Numbered from the stretch's first letter, positions 49,382 through 62,023 are shown. The stretch: DNA of 64,000 nucleotides from an uncultured delta proteobacterium (GCA_963735595.1 CAVTLK010000003.1:64001-128000); one strand, 5' to 3'. Program-made: numbers and translations. The notes: generated by a model not told the origin, from the letters alone.

Positions 49382-49886
49382 AGTATTTCCAAGCTGCAAT
49401 CTATCGTTCTGTGTCGTTCTGTCCTACCGGAAAACTGCTACCCGGCAACGGTCGGTGTATCGCCTGTAATCTCCCAACAACGCACAGTTTCCGACACAGG
49501 CGATTATGGCGAAAACCAGACCCTATAATCAGCAGCAGGATGCGCGACCCCCGGAGGAATTCGCGCACGACGGGCCTGAGATGCGCCGTTCGACTACCTC
49601 GAATCCCAGGCTCCTCACTTGTTTAGCGTTATACTATCGAATACTATACGATTACTGTCTGCAATGTCAATAGATTCTTAGTGCACAAAGAACCCGGTTT
49701 CATTGCCCAGCCCCCAATAGCGGGGCCGCTGCCTGCGCCGGTCTATGGGGCCATTGTTTAGTCCCGGGTGTGAGGGCGAGGGGTGGGGCGCTTCAGGAAC
49801 CCCGGGGGAATGATCCAGTAAAAAGCCCGGCCGGGCGATGGTATGCTTCGATATAGACTTGATTCCGGGGGCAGAATAGAAATGAT

Positions 49887-49960
49887 TGGCTGGGGGACGA
49901 GGATTTGAACCTCGGTTCACGGATCCAGAGTCCGCTGTCCTGCCGCTAGACGATCCCCCA
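49887..49960 (-). tRNA. tRNA-Gln (anticodon CTG)
   Basis: TGGGGGA...GCGGA-CT-CTG-GA-TCCGT...GGTTCAAATCC...TCCCCCAGCCA cloverleaf with encoded CCA. Confidence 0.95.
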
Positions 49961-50019
49961 GTTGCCGGTAGTCCGTGCGAATCTTTTATACATAAGGCAA
50001 AAACATCGGTATGTCAATA

Positions 50020-51042
50020 CTAATCGAAGTATTTCTTAAGATCGGCCGCGATTTTTTCGGGAAACTCGTCGGTCGCCGACTCTCCGAGGATCACCTCGAA
50101 GAAGGATTGATCGTTGCGGGCATACGGTACGAACCGCGTCCGCGCGACCATCCGCACGAGAATCCGATAGTAAGCTCCGGCCCCCGCGATGGAATAGATA
50201 CCGAGGTTGAAGCCGTTGTTGCCGGCGGCCCGCCAGTACTGTTGGACCGCCAGCACCCCGCGGGAGAGCGTCGACAGGTCTTCGTCCGACACCTCCCTGA
50301 AGTCCGACCTCCCCTCGAAGACCGCCCATACTTCCTTCTGTCCCTGGGGCGCGAAGGGGCAGAGCCACGCAATCGCGCCGATCCGGCCTATAAAGCGCTC
50401 CCCGGCGGCTTCCTCCCGTCCGATCAGCTCGTCCCAGAAGGTGCGGCCCGATTCATCGAGGTAGTCAGCGGAGCGCTCGTCCAGCGCCCGGAGGTAGTTG
50501 ATCGGTTTGACGAAAAGATTTACCTGCAGGTGCGGGTGTATGAGCGTACCCCCCGAAGAGGGGAGGTAGTTCTGGGTGACGGCGGCGTAGCGGACGGCGG
50601 GATCGGCATTGTGGATGCAAGAGATATAGTCCCGCGCGTTGACGAAGTTATCACGGTAGTGCCGTTCGGTAAACCGGCCGATCTCGATGAAATGGGCCGG
50701 CGAAAAGGTCGAGACCGCGCTGTACGGCCCGTAGGGGGAGCGGTTGGGGAAGAGGATCGATTCGCCGAAGGTAAACCGCCCCTCCGCGGCGATCTCCGGC
50801 GCAAACCGGGGAGTCCGTTTTAAAATGCGCTCGGGACAGAAGGGACAGGTGGCGGCGGTCCGCTCGACGTGGTCCCGATAGGGGGGATTGATAAAATCGA
50901 TCGGGGGGTCGTCGGTGCGCGGCGCCGTTATACGCGCGGTCCGGCCGGTGAGGGGGTCGATCCGAACTTCGGTCGAGACGGTCTCGGGCAGGGTTTCGCC
51001 CGGAAGGATGATCCGGGTATCTTCCTTGTACTTCTTGAACAC
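50020..51042 (-). CDS. galactose-1-phosphate uridylyltransferase-like (GalT/HIT) protein
   Basis: EVRIDPLTG, CPFCP, FPN..PY, NYLPSSGGTLIHPHLQ. Confidence 0.85.
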   Translation of the reverse strand: MFKKYKEDTRIILPGETLPETVSTEVRIDPLTGRTARITAPRTDDPPIDFINPPYRDHVERTAATCPFCPERILKRTPRFAPEIAAEGRFTFGESILFPNRSPYGPYSAVSTFSPAHFIEIGRFTERHYRDNFVNARDYISCIHNADPAVRYAAVTQNYLPSSGGTLIHPHLQVNLFVKPINYLRALDERSADYLDESGRTFWDELIGREEAAGERFIGRIGAIAWLCPFAPQGQKEVWAVFEGRSDFREVSDEDLSTLSRGVLAVQQYWRAAGNNGFNLGIYSIAGAGAYYRILVRMVARTRFVPYARNDQSFFEVILGESATDEFPEKIAADLKKYFD

Positions 51043-51130
51043 ATCGTGTCCTGTTGATATTGTTGCCGCGTGGGATAACCGGGGGGAGGCCTTGTCGATC
51101 GGGCCCCCCGGCCGGTTTTCGGGTATCGTC

Positions 51131-51310
51131 CTAGTGCGCGGCGTCGTGCCGCCGGAAGACGAGGTAGACGATCAGCAGGACGATAATCGGGATATTGGCC
51201 GGCAGGAGGTCAAGCCGGTTGCTGCCGATCTCGACCCAGAGGTTCATGCCGATGAAGGCGAGCATCACCATGAACGGGAGCTCCGCGGTAAACCAGGTCG
51301 CTATCTTCAT
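51131..51310 (-). CDS. small two-TM hypothetical protein
   Basis: MKIATWF..., two hydrophobic segments, follows carB. Confidence 0.5.
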   Translation of the reverse strand: MKIATWFTAELPFMVMLAFIGMNLWVEIGSNRLDLLPANIPIIVLLIVYLVFRRHDAAH

Positions 51311-51348
51311 TGCCCATCTCCCGATAAAAAAGCGACGGTTGGAATCGG

Positions 51349-54300
51349 TCATCCCCTTTTCGCGGGGCGAGACGCAAGCCGGTGGAACTCCTGAAGGGAC
51401 TTGACCTCAATCTTGCCCGTGTGATTACTTTCTATCCCTTCGACGGCCGCCCGCGCGCCGGACACGGTGGTAAAGGCGGGGATGTTATAGAGGAGCGTGT
51501 TCTTTCTGATGTAGTACGAGTCCCTGATCGACCGTTTTCCGACCGACGTATTGATGACCATCCGTATCTCGCCGCTCTTGATCCTGTCAACGACGTTGGG
51601 CCGTTTCTGTTCCTTGAGCTTGTAGACAAACTCGGTGGGCACTCCGTTTTCCCTGAGGAAACGGTGTGTGCCCGTGGTGGCGACCAGCGAGAAGCCCAGC
51701 TCCACGAGTTTTTTTGCCACGGGTAACAGCGGTACCTTGTCGCTGTCCTTGACGCTGACAAACACCGCCCCGTCTCCCGAAAGGATAAACCCCGAGGCAA
51801 GCTGCGCCTTGTAGAATGCGCGCGCAAACGTCGTGTCGATCCCCATGACCTCGCCGGTGGAGCGCATCTCGGGCCCCAGGATGATATCGGTGCCCGGGAA
51901 TTTCGCGAACGGGAAGACTGATTCCTTGACCGATATATGCTTCGGGGTAATCTCCGAGCCAAGCCCCATATCCTTCAGTTTCTCGCCGACCATGACCCGG
52001 GCGGCTATCTTTGCCAGCGGCACCCCGATGGCCTTGCTGACAAAGGGGACGGTGCGGCTGGCCCGGGGGTTCACTTCGAGGATGTAGATTTCACCGTTTT
52101 TCAGGGCGAACTGCACGTTCATGAGCCCCACGACCGAAAGCTCCAGGGCAAGCTTTTTGGCCTGGTCCCTGATCCTCCTGACGATCTTATCGGCGACCGA
52201 GAATACCGGAAGGCTCATTGCGCTGTCGCCCGAGTGGATGCCCGCCTCCTCGATATGCTCCATCACCCCGCCGATGAATACGTCGGCGCCATCGCATACG
52301 ACGTCCACGTCCAATTCGATAGCGTCGGAGAGGAATTTATCGATCAGCACGGGATGTTCGGGGCTGGCCAGCACCGCCAGCCGCATATAGTTGGCCAGGT
52401 CGGCCTCGTCATACACGATCTCCATGGCCCTGCCGCCGAGTACGTAGGACGGCCTGACCAGCACCGGATAGCCGATCTCGCGGGCCACCGCCACCGCCTC
52501 GTCGGCGGACCGGGAGATCCCGTTCTCGGGCTGTTTCAGGTTCAGCTTGGTCAAGAGCTCGAGGAAGCGCTCCCGATCCTCGGCCCGGTCGATGGAATCG
52601 GGGCTCGTCCCGATGATGGGAACGCCCAGCTTTTCGAGGGGTACCGAAAGCCTGAGGGGAGTCTGCCCGCCGAATTGGACGATGACGCCGTCGGGCTTTT
52701 CCCTGCTCACGATGTTCAGCACGTGTTCGAGGGTCAGCGGCTCAAAATAGAGCCGGTCGGAGGTGTCATAGTCGGTGCTGACCGTCTCGGGGTTGCAGTT
52801 TACCATGATGGTCTCGTAGCCCGCCTCCGACAGCGCGAAGGCCCCGTGGACGCAGCAGTAGTCAAACTCGATCCCCTGGCCGATCCGGTTGGGTCCGCCG
52901 CCCAGGATCATGATCTTCTTGTGGTCCGTGGGCGCGGCCTCGCACTCGGTCTCATAGGTGGAGTAGAGGTAGGGGGTGTAGGCCTCGAATTCCGCCGCGC
53001 AGGTATCCACACGCTTGAAGACCGCCTGGATGTCGTGATCCTGCCGGAGCTTCCTGAACTCAAGCTCGGTAATCCCCATTAATTCCGCCATGCGCGAATC
53101 CGAGAAGCCGTATTCTTTGGCCTCCCGGAAATAGTGTTTGAACCGCTCGTCGCCGAGTTCGTTCCGATGGCCGGAAAGGAGCTTGATCTCCTGTTCCATC
53201 TCCACGATCTGGGAGATGTTTGCCAGAAACCAGGGGTCGATCCGGGTTATCTCATGGATCTTTTCGATACCGATGCCGTGGCGAAAGGCCTCGGCCACCA
53301 GCAGAATACGCTCCGGGGTGGGCAGCACCAGACGCGAGAGGACGATCTCCCTCCGTTCGGCCTCGGGCAGCGCCCGCTCATCGGCCGAGAGCGGGCTTGA
53401 AAATCCGTTGTACCCGTACTCGAGGGAGACCAGCGCCTTCTGGACGGACTCCTTGAACGTCCTGCCGATGGCCATTGCCTCCCCTACCGATTTCATCTGG
53501 GTGGTAAGGGTGGGGTCGGCCTGGGGGAATTTCTCGAAGGTAAACCGGGGGATCTTGGTGACCACGTAGTCGATCGTCGGTTCGAACGACGCCGGGGTCT
53601 CGCGCGTGATGTCGTTAAGGATTTCGTCAAGCCGGTATCCCACGGCGAGCTTGGCGGCGATCTTGGCGATGGGGAAGCCCGTCGCCTTGGAGGCAAGCGC
53701 GGAGCTGCGGGAGACGCGCGGGTTCATCTCGATGACGACAATCCTTCCGTCCTCGGGGTTGACCGCAAACTGGATGTTGCTGCCGCCGGTATCGACGCCG
53801 ATTTCCCGAATGATCGCGACGGCGGCGTCCCGCATAATCTGATATTCCTTGTCGGTGAGGGTCAGGGCGGGGGCTACCGTCACGGAATCGCCGGTGTGGA
53901 TGCCCATCGGATCGAGGTTCTCGATGGAGCAGACGATTACCACGTTGTCGGCGCAGTCGCGCATCACCTCAAGCTCGTATTCCTTCCAGCCCAGCACCGA
54001 CTGCTCGATGAGGACGCGTCCCACGGGGCTCTGGGCCAGGCCCCAGCGGACGTACTCGATGAACTCCTCGCGGTTGTAGGCGATATTGCCCCCGCTGCCG
54101 CCGAGGGTAAAAGACGGCCGAATGATGGCCGGGAAACCCACCGTGGCCAGCACCGATTCGGCCTCGGAAAAGGACTCCGCGTAGCCGCTTTCCGGAAGCG
54201 ACAGGCCGATCCTGGTTATGGCTTCCTTGAACAGATTCCGGTCTTCTGCTTTTTCGATCGCCTCGTAGCGCGCGCCGATTAATTCAACGCCGTACTTCTC

Positions 54301-54624
54301 CAGCACGCCCGCCTTGACCAGCTCGACGGCGATGTTGAGGCCGGTCTGTCCGCCGAGGGTGGGCAGCAGGCAGTCGGGCCGCTCCTTTTTGATGATTTTT
54401 TCCACCACCGACGGCAGGATCGGTTCCACGTACGTGGCGTGGGCGAAGTCGGGATCGGTCATGATGGTGGCCGGGTTGGAGTTGATGAGGATGACCTCGT
54501 ACCCTTCTTCCTTGAGGGCCTTGACCGCCTGGGTCCCGGAATAGTCGAATTCGCACGCCTGGCCGATGATGATCGGGCCGGAGCCGACGATGAGGATCTT
54601 CTTGATATCGGTTCGCTTCGGCAT
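51349..54624 (-). CDS. carB: carbamoyl-phosphate synthase large subunit
   Basis: [17 protein letters not shown], duplicated ATP-grasp domains, MGS-like C-terminus. Confidence 0.98.
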   Translation of the reverse strand: MPKRTDIKKILIVGSGPIIIGQACEFDYSGTQAVKALKEEGYEVILINSNPATIMTDPDFAHATYVEPILPSVVEKIIKKERPDCLLPTLGGQTGLNIAVELVKAGVLEKYGVELIGARYEAIEKAEDRNLFKEAITRIGLSLPESGYAESFSEAESVLATVGFPAIIRPSFTLGGSGGNIAYNREEFIEYVRWGLAQSPVGRVLIEQSVLGWKEYELEVMRDCADNVVIVCSIENLDPMGIHTGDSVTVAPALTLTDKEYQIMRDAAVAIIREIGVDTGGSNIQFAVNPEDGRIVVIEMNPRVSRSSALASKATGFPIAKIAAKLAVGYRLDEILNDITRETPASFEPTIDYVVTKIPRFTFEKFPQADPTLTTQMKSVGEAMAIGRTFKESVQKALVSLEYGYNGFSSPLSADERALPEAERREIVLSRLVLPTPERILLVAEAFRHGIGIEKIHEITRIDPWFLANISQIVEMEQEIKLLSGHRNELGDERFKHYFREAKEYGFSDSRMAELMGITELEFRKLRQDHDIQAVFKRVDTCAAEFEAYTPYLYSTYETECEAAPTDHKKIMILGGGPNRIGQGIEFDYCCVHGAFALSEAGYETIMVNCNPETVSTDYDTSDRLYFEPLTLEHVLNIVSREKPDGVIVQFGGQTPLRLSVPLEKLGVPIIGTSPDSIDRAEDRERFLELLTKLNLKQPENGISRSADEAVAVAREIGYPVLVRPSYVLGGRAMEIVYDEADLANYMRLAVLASPEHPVLIDKFLSDAIELDVDVVCDGADVFIGGVMEHIEEAGIHSGDSAMSLPVFSVADKIVRRIRDQAKKLALELSVVGLMNVQFALKNGEIYILEVNPRASRTVPFVSKAIGVPLAKIAARVMVGEKLKDMGLGSEITPKHISVKESVFPFAKFPGTDIILGPEMRSTGEVMGIDTTFARAFYKAQLASGFILSGDGAVFVSVKDSDKVPLLPVAKKLVELGFSLVATTGTHRFLRENGVPTEFVYKLKEQKRPNVVDRIKSGEIRMVINTSVGKRSIRDSYYIRKNTLLYNIPAFTTVSGARAAVEGIESNHTGKIEVKSLQEFHRLASRPAKRG

Positions 54625-54627
54625 TGA

Positions 54628-55758
54628 TTACGCGGTGTCCCTGATGATCCCGATAAATTGCTCGAAGAGGTACCCGGCGTCGTGGGGGCCTGGCGAGGCC
54701 TCCGGGTGGTACTGAACGCAGAAGAGGGGAAGCTCGGTATGCCTGAATCCCTCGACGGTGTTGTCATTGAGATTGAGATGGGTGATCTCGGTGTGCGCGG
54801 GCAGCCTATCCGCGTCCACCGCGAAACCGTGGTTCTGCGAGGTAATCTCGACCCGGCCGGTCATCAGGTTTTTCACCGGCTGGTTGCCCCCCCGATGCCC
54901 GAATTTCAGCTTATAGGTTGAACCGCCGAGGGCCAGCGCCGAGAGCTGATGGCCCAGGCAGATGCCGAAGATCGGCTTCTTCCCGATGAGCTTTTTTATC
55001 TCGGCGATCGCATACGGGACCCCCTCGGGGTCCCCCGGCCCGTTGGAAAGGAGTATTCCGTCGGGCTTGAGCGACAATACGACGTCTGCCGGGGTACCGG
55101 CCGGGACCACTTTGACGCGGATGCCCCGGGAGACCAGCGACAGCGGTATGTTTTCCTTGAGGCCGAAGTCGATAACCACCACGGTAAGCCCGGTATCCAC
55201 CGGAGGGGAGTATGCACGCCCCGTGATGGACGACAGGTCGGCGGGGTCTTTCTTGAATTCGTAGATCTTGTCGGTGGTGACCTCCTTGACGAGGTCGCGG
55301 CCGATGAGGCCCGGCGAGCTCTTCGCCTTCTCGACGAGGATCTCGGGCGTGATATCGACGGTTGATACGACGGCCTTGATAGCCCCGCCGATCCGGATAT
55401 GGCGCGTCAGCGCCCGCGTGTCCACCCCCTGGATTGCGATGATATTGTGCCGTTTGAGAAACGCGGAAAGCTCCTCGCGGGAGCGGAAGTTGCTGGCGAC
55501 CGGCGAGATCTCTTTGACGATGAACCCCTCTACCTGGGGCATCCATGACTCGTTGTCGGCGGGGTTGATGCCGTAGTTGCCGATCTGGGGGGTTGTCATG
55601 GTGACGATCTGGCCCTTGTAGGACGGGTCGGTGAGGATCTCCTGATAGCCGGTCATCGAGGTGTTGAAAACGACTTCCCCGTCGCGGATGCCGTCGGCCC
55701 CGAAGCTGCGTCCGTAAAAGATCGTCCCATCTTCCAGTGCGATGGCGGCGTTCTTCAT
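54628..55758 (-). CDS. carA: carbamoyl-phosphate synthase small subunit
   Basis: [33 protein letters not shown]. Confidence 0.98.
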   Translation of the reverse strand: MKNAAIALEDGTIFYGRSFGADGIRDGEVVFNTSMTGYQEILTDPSYKGQIVTMTTPQIGNYGINPADNESWMPQVEGFIVKEISPVASNFRSREELSAFLKRHNIIAIQGVDTRALTRHIRIGGAIKAVVSTVDITPEILVEKAKSSPGLIGRDLVKEVTTDKIYEFKKDPADLSSITGRAYSPPVDTGLTVVVIDFGLKENIPLSLVSRGIRVKVVPAGTPADVVLSLKPDGILLSNGPGDPEGVPYAIAEIKKLIGKKPIFGICLGHQLSALALGGSTYKLKFGHRGGNQPVKNLMTGRVEITSQNHGFAVDADRLPAHTEITHLNLNDNTVEGFRHTELPLFCVQYHPEASPGPHDAGYLFEQFIGIIRDTA

Positions 55759-55879
55759 GCGTGTACTTCCTCCCCGTTTAATAGAAGACTATAACGAAAT
55801 CTTGCCCGAATTTCAAGACAATTGTAGACTCCCCCGTAACAATACGGTATAATGGCGCGATTTGATTATAGGCTATTGA

Positions 55880-56446
55880 TTGATTCCGACGCGATCCGAG
55901 TGCCTGACGGCCCTGAGGGACCATGAGGTTCCCGACAACATCATCGGCCATAGTATTGTCGTTGAACGCGTGGCACTCATCCTCTCGCGCAGGCTCATGG
56001 AGGCCGGAAACGGGATAGACATTGCGCTTGTCTCGGCGGGGGCGCTGCTGCACGACATCGCCAAGATGCGGGGGATCAGGGAAGGCAGACCCCACGGGGA
56101 ACTGGGCGCCGAGACGACCGACCGGCTCGGCTTCCTCGAAGTCTCGCCGATCGTCGGTCAGCACGTGCGGCTGGCCGATTACGGTGACAATGGAGGCATC
56201 GACGAGGCGAAGCTCGTCAATTACGCCGACAAACGGGTGAACCATGAAGAGATCGTCACCCTCGATGAACGGTTCGACTATCTGTTCGAGCGATACGGGT
56301 CCGCCTCGCCGGAGGCGCGGGAGCGGATCGCCGAGATGAAGCGGCTTACCGGCGCCATCGAGGGGCAGATCTTCGAACGGCTCTCGATAACCCCTTCGGA
56401 TGTAAAGAAACTGGTTGAGGAGCGGTATGGACTTTATACTCGATAG
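55880..56446 (+). CDS. HD/HDIG-domain phosphohydrolase
   Basis: HS..V, GALLHDIAK, HG, VNYADKR; TTG start. Confidence 0.85.
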   Translation: MIPTRSECLTALRDHEVPDNIIGHSIVVERVALILSRRLMEAGNGIDIALVSAGALLHDIAKMRGIREGRPHGELGAETTDRLGFLEVSPIVGQHVRLADYGDNGGIDEAKLVNYADKRVNHEEIVTLDERFDYLFERYGSASPEARERIAEMKRLTGAIEGQIFERLSITPSDVKKLVEERYGLYTR

Positions 56447-56876
56447 GCTTGCCATCGGCGATCTTCCCGACGCCAAAAACAGCGCGATGCTGGCGGAGTG
56501 CGGCATCACCGCCATCCTCAACGTCGCCAAGGAGGCGCAGCACGATCCCGACGGCAACTGCTTTGACTACTACAAGGTAAATATAGACGACGGACAGGCG
56601 ATGGATTTTTCACACCTGACCGAGGCGGTGGACTTCATTCACAGCCGCATCCGCAACGGCAAGGTGCTGGTGCACTGCCTCATGGGGGTGAGCCGGTCTT
56701 CGACGGTCGTATTGTGCTATCTGCACGAGTGCGGGTTTTCCCTGAGGGAAGCGATGAACCTCATCAAGAAAAAGCGGCCGGATGCCCAGCCCCACATAGC
56801 CCTCTATAACTCGGTGCGGGAGTACTATCAGAAGAAGGAAGCGGAACACGCAGGCCATATCATCCCGGACATATAG
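56427..56876 (+). CDS. dual-specificity protein phosphatase
   Basis: VLVHCLMGVSRS (CX5R), GITAILNV. Confidence 0.9.
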   Translation: MDFILDRLAIGDLPDAKNSAMLAECGITAILNVAKEAQHDPDGNCFDYYKVNIDDGQAMDFSHLTEAVDFIHSRIRNGKVLVHCLMGVSRSSTVVLCYLHECGFSLREAMNLIKKKRPDAQPHIALYNSVREYYQKKEAEHAGHIIPDI

Positions 56877-56978
56877 GAATCGATCAGAGACGTGAGTGAC
56901 CGTATACACAGGGAGTGACACCCGGCAGAAAAGACGTGCGCGATTAATCTCCCGTGTAAAGCGTAAAGGGGCGACACT

Positions 56979-57920
56979 ATGAAGAGATATGTCGGGACCG
57001 TCTTCATTGCGATCGGATGCCTCGTTGTTGTCGGGTGCGCCCCGGGATACTTCATTATAGACCGACACCCGAGTTCGGAGACACCCGGTTTCTCCGTCGA
57101 TATTGACGAGGTCAGGAAGATTGCGGCGGCCGGGGACGGTGAGCTTCCTACGGAGGTACGGTCCCTGGTCGTAACGGAGCTGGCCTTACCGGCGTGGTTC
57201 ATCATGGCCGGCGGCGGATGTGAAAAGGTCCCGTTCGACTTTGTTGCCTACCAGGTCGTCTATCCCGACGGGACCGTAATCATAGATTCATGCTCCGACA
57301 AGAATGCCTATGACCGGATACCCGCCCCGATACGGTCTTTATTCTTTCGCTCCTTCAACGAAAAAAACTACGATCTCCTCCAGCAGTCACTGAGGACGGC
57401 AAAACTCGTCCTGGTCACCCATGAACATGCGGATCATATCGGCGGTATCGCCGCGTCCCCCTATCTCGGCGAGATAGTACCGCACCTGCTGCTCACCACG
57501 GAGCAGTTTGAGGGCGCGCGTATGGAGGAGGCCGGGTTTCCGGCCGGGGCGCTAAACGGGTTTACGCCCGTTTCGTATGACCGGTATTACGCCGCCGCGC
57601 CGGGCATCGTCATGATTAAGGCGCCGGGCCACGCCGGGGGGCAGCAGATGATATACGTGCTGACAAAGGGCGGCAACGAGTACCTTTTTCTCGGCGATAT
57701 CATATGGAACCGGGCAAACCTGAAACACCGGGTCTACCGGTCCCGTCTCGTTTCCCTGGCAATAAAGGAAGATGCGGATTGCGCCCGGGAAGAGTTCCGC
57801 TGGGTGCTCGATACCCTCTACGATAACCCGAATAGCCCCGTCATCTACGTCATCTCTCACGACAGGGACCAGCTCAGGGAATATATCAATACGGGAGTAA
57901 TCACGGAGGGATTCAGATAA
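56979..57920 (+). CDS. secreted MBL-fold metallo-hydrolase
   Basis: THEHADHIGG, APGH, LGD, ISHD. Confidence 0.85.
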   Translation: MKRYVGTVFIAIGCLVVVGCAPGYFIIDRHPSSETPGFSVDIDEVRKIAAAGDGELPTEVRSLVVTELALPAWFIMAGGGCEKVPFDFVAYQVVYPDGTVIIDSCSDKNAYDRIPAPIRSLFFRSFNEKNYDLLQQSLRTAKLVLVTHEHADHIGGIAASPYLGEIVPHLLLTTEQFEGARMEEAGFPAGALNGFTPVSYDRYYAAAPGIVMIKAPGHAGGQQMIYVLTKGGNEYLFLGDIIWNRANLKHRVYRSRLVSLAIKEDADCAREEFRWVLDTLYDNPNSPVIYVISHDRDQLREYINTGVITEGFR

Positions 57921-58074
57921 CCGGTGCGGAACTTTTCGATATCGTTTATGCCCCGGTGGCGGGGGACACCATACAAATAGATATATGAGCGATACCGACT
58001 GACCCGACCGACCGCCGTCGCATCGGCATACGACGGCGTATATAGTCCCGAATGGTATATTACCGGAGGATACC

Positions 58075-59000
58075 ATGAAGAAATTCGCGAAGATCGTTCT
58101 TATTGTGATCGCGTGTCTCGTTGTTATCGGATTCGTTGGGAAATACTTCCTTGTGGATCGGGCATCGATTCCGACGGACTCCTCTTTTACCATCGATATG
58201 GATGAGGTCAGACGGCTCGCGCTTTCGATGGGTGACGGCTTGCCCACCGAGGTCAGGTCGCTGATCGTTGCCGAGGGCGCTTTCCCGGGTCGTGGATGGT
58301 CGCCCCCGGCGTACGGGGCGAAATACCGATGGCCTTCATCGCCTATCAAGTCGTCTACCCCGACAAGACCGTCATAATCGACGCGTGCGCGGACAGGGCC
58401 GGTTTCGAGATGATGCCCTTTCCCTTGAAAGGCTATTCCGATGAAAACTACGGGGTCCTCCAGGAGTCGCTGAGGAAGGCGTCACTCATCCTGATTACCC
58501 ATGAACATTTCGACCATATCGTCGGCGTCGCCAAGTCTCCCTACCTTTCGGAGATCCTCCCGCGGCTGGTCCTCACGAAGGAACAGGCCGAGAGCCCTGA
58601 CATGAAAAGTGCCGGCTTTCCCGCCGGTTCGCTTGACGGGTACAAGCCCCTCTCCTATGACCGGTACCATGCCGTCGCTCCGGGTATTGTCCTGATCAAA
58701 GCGACAGGACATGCGCCGGGGCAGCAGATTATCTACCTGAAGACGACAGGGGGCGCCGAATACCTCTTCCTCGGCGATATCGTCTGGAGCCGGGAGAACC
58801 TGACCCGGGAGGTAAACCGGCCGCTTCTCATGTCCCTGGTCCTGAGGGAGGACCTCGATTTGGCGCGGGGCGAGATACGCTGGATCATCGACAACCTCTC
58901 TGCGAACCCTAACAACACCATCACTTATCTGATCTCACACGACGGGCAGCAACTTGAGGAACAGATCCAGGCGGGTGTCGTCGCCGAGGGATTCAAATAG
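58075..59000 (+). CDS. MBL-fold metallo-hydrolase, tandem paralogue (frameshift near 58290)
   Basis: ORFs 58075-58377 plus 58296-59000 align to the upstream gene; THEHFDH. Confidence 0.85.
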
Positions 59001-59117
59001 CGGAAGACCCCGTTCTTTGAGGCCCGGCCGCATAACGGTACAGGGACAGCCCCGTCCGACTAATGGGATGCAGCGGGTCAGGTACATCGGGAAACAAATA
59101 GGAGACCCCCGGCGACA

Positions 59118-60104
59118 ATGCGAGAAGAATACACGATCTTTCACCTTTCGGACACCCATTTCAACGGCGAGAACCTCGATCTGCTCAGCCTCGTGCTCAA
59201 TAACCTCGTCGATCTCGCCCCCCGGTACGTCCTGTTTACCGGCGATATCGTGGAAAGCCCGAAATATAACCCGCGCCCCTTTGTGCGGATGATCAGGAGC
59301 GCCCTTTCCCGGGTGGGGGAGAAGACCGGAAGGCAGCCGGTTTTTTTGGTAATCCCCGGAAACCACGATTTTTTCTGGATGGGGGCCTACGGCGTACGAA
59401 AGGTCCGCCGCTTCTATCAGGCCTTTCGGGAGGAGGAGCGCTCCTTTTTCTTTTCGGCCGAGGATGAGATTGCCATCGCCCCGTTCGACTCCAACCGGGT
59501 TGTCGAGCCGCGGGGGGGCTTCCGGCGAAAGCTGCTCCAAAGGATACGCTACAAGTCGCACGGCCTGATTATCGAAAAGGACCTCGACGAATTTTCCCAA
59601 CAGGTAAAACAGCTGAGGAAATCGGGCGACGCCCGCCCTTTCGACAGGTCTTTGAAGATCGCCCTCATTCACCACCATGTGCTGCCGACGTCTTATAGCT
59701 ACCTGCCGGCGCTGGCCGACGAGAGCTACATGATGCTCGAAAACGCCGGCGTATTCATCTATCGGCTCGTCCAGGAGGATTTCGACCTGATCCTTCACGG
59801 CCACCGCCATTACCCGCAGTTCTGCCGCGCCGCTTACTATGACCAGCAGGGAAAGGAGAAGGTCATCTCAATCCTCGGCTGCGGATCATCGGGCAAACCC
59901 TACGACCAGTGGATCGCCAGTGCGGGGCATAATTTCAACGTGATCCGCATCCATCGGGACGGTTCGGTGACGGCCGTGCAATACTTCAAATTCGGCACGG
60001 GCGATTTCGTGCCGGCCGAGCGGGTGATCACGCTGAGGACACCCAAGCGGGAGGAAAAGACATTTGAGCACGAACCGGGAGGATGGTTCGGCCCGCAGTT
60101 TTAG
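59118..60104 (+). CDS. calcineurin-like metallophosphoesterase
   Basis: HLSDTH, TGD, PGNHD, HHH, LHGHRH. Confidence 0.9.
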   Translation: MREEYTIFHLSDTHFNGENLDLLSLVLNNLVDLAPRYVLFTGDIVESPKYNPRPFVRMIRSALSRVGEKTGRQPVFLVIPGNHDFFWMGAYGVRKVRRFYQAFREEERSFFFSAEDEIAIAPFDSNRVVEPRGGFRRKLLQRIRYKSHGLIIEKDLDEFSQQVKQLRKSGDARPFDRSLKIALIHHHVLPTSYSYLPALADESYMMLENAGVFIYRLVQEDFDLILHGHRHYPQFCRAAYYDQQGKEKVISILGCGSSGKPYDQWIASAGHNFNVIRIHRDGSVTAVQYFKFGTGDFVPAERVITLRTPKREEKTFEHEPGGWFGPQF

Positions 60105-60807
60105 GGCCCGGGCGCGTAAGACCTTTGACAAGGCGTCGTCATTCTACGGCTTTTTCGATTTCTTTTCGAAGGGAGTATTCACGGAGGCGGCCGCGCGGCT
60201 GTCCGCAACAATCCCGTTAGGGCCGGAAACGAGAATCCTCGAGGTCTTCTGCGCGACCGGGCTCTTTTCCCGGATTCTGGCCGGGATGGGGCACAGGGTA
60301 ACCGCCGTCGATATCTCGCCCCTGATGATCCGAGCGGGCGGAGCGGGAGGCTCAGGGGCTTGCGCGTATCGGCTTTTCTCGTTGGGGATGCCGCCGACCT
60401 CCCGTTTTCGGACGCTGCCTTCGATCTGATGGTCGCCGGGCGCGGCCTTCACGGTATGCCGCCGGCGGTACGGGACGCCGTTGTTGCGGAGATCGGACGG
60501 GTATGCTCCGGTCACGTCCTCTTTATGGAGCCGAAACGACCGGCGGGCGCATCCGGCAAGGGCCGTCATGGCGATTCTTGAACGGCTCGAAGGGGGATAC
60601 GAACACTACCTCGAGTTTATCGCCCTGGATTTCTCGACCTACCTCAACGGCAGAGGGTTTTCCGCACGGGATCTGATGGTAACAGACAACGAGCATGTCA
60701 TCCTGTGCCGCAAGGAACGCAGTTGCCACCTGACACGAGCCTCTTATTTCACTCCCACTCTTTCCCTTGACACCTACCGGCCTGACGGCTATTATCGAAG
60801 GCAATGA
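60064..60807 (+). CDS. class I SAM-dependent methyltransferase (UbiE-like), frameshifted; 3' end uncertain
   Basis: ILEVFCATG, AVDISP.M, GDAADLPF.D.AFD across three ORFs. Confidence 0.7.
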
Positions 60808-62023
60808 TACGCGACCCCCGCAACGATTTTTCCATCAACGCCATGGCGCTGACCATCTTTACGACCAACATCGGGGGCGGCATCATTATCTCCATCCTTT
60901 CGCTCTACATAAAACACCTCGACATCAGCCTCACCCTGGGGGGACTTTGCCATCTCGCTGTTCGCGATCACCCGCGCGCATTTCCCAGCCGATCATCGGC
61001 CACTTTATCGACCGGATCGACCCCCGGCCCGTTATCACCACGGGGATCATTATCTTTACGATCGCCTCGGCGGCGCCGGCTATCCCCAACGCGGCAATCC
61101 TCTTTATCGCCCGGGCGCTCCTGGGCGTATCTTCGGGGATGGTGATCGTGGCCTGTTACACGATTATCGCGCGCCTCTATGAGGACGCCCACCTTCGCCG
61201 GATGGCCAACGCCCGGTTCATGGCGCTGGAGATGATCGGCTCGATCGTGGGGCCGGTGCTCGGATCGGTGACCTTCTGGCTGTCGGGCTCTTTCTCGATC
61301 TCCCTTTATCGTCTGCTCCATGTTCGGCATGATTGCGCTGGCGCTTGTTCCTGAAACGGGTAAAAGATATCGGGGGCGATAAACCGCCGCAGGTCGCCAA
61401 CGACAAAGACACGTCCCGCGAGCGCATGACGTTCGCCCCGGGCGGGTTTGCCTCCCTGGCGCTGCTTGTCGGGCCTCAATTTCACGCTCATGTTCGTCTG
61501 GGGCGGACTGATGCTGATGATGCCGTTGTTTGCCGACTCGGTCGGTATCGCCGGGTATAAGGCCGGCTATCTCTTCGGAACGCTTTCGTTCGGGATGATC
61601 CTTTCCATCTGGTTGACACAGCGCGAATTTTTAGGCAACACGGCCATTGATCCGCTCATCATCGTGGGCAGCTTCTTTGCCCTCATCCCACTGACGATCC
61701 TTGTGTTCGTGACGCATTTCTGGATATGGCTCCTGATCTTCTGGGCGATGGGGATGGGTGTGGGTCTGCTGTTTCCGATCTTCCCGTCTATGGCCAGCGA
61801 GGCCATCGTGAACCGGCCGGGGCAGGGGGTTAGCTATCTTGAAATGGGCGGGAATATCGGCTTTATACTCGGGCCGATCATGACCTCGCTCTTTGTACGG
61901 GACGGCGACGTATCACTCGCGTTTTATTTCGAGGCCGCTGTATCCTACGTGACGGTGCCCGGGGCCATTGCCCTGGTGCTGCTGAGACGAAGACGGGCGC
62001 GGTCTATGGAGCAGCCCGTTTAA
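60804..62023 (+). CDS. MFS transporter, frameshifted
   Basis: QPIIGHFIDRIDPR, FIARALLG, GSIVGPVLG, GFILGPI across ORFs 60804-61145, 60767-61354 and 61448-62023. Confidence 0.75.

Noticed and set aside
49400..49960. Genomic island integrated at tRNA-Gln
   Set aside because: I found no duplicated tRNA 3' end (att site) and no integrase in the window
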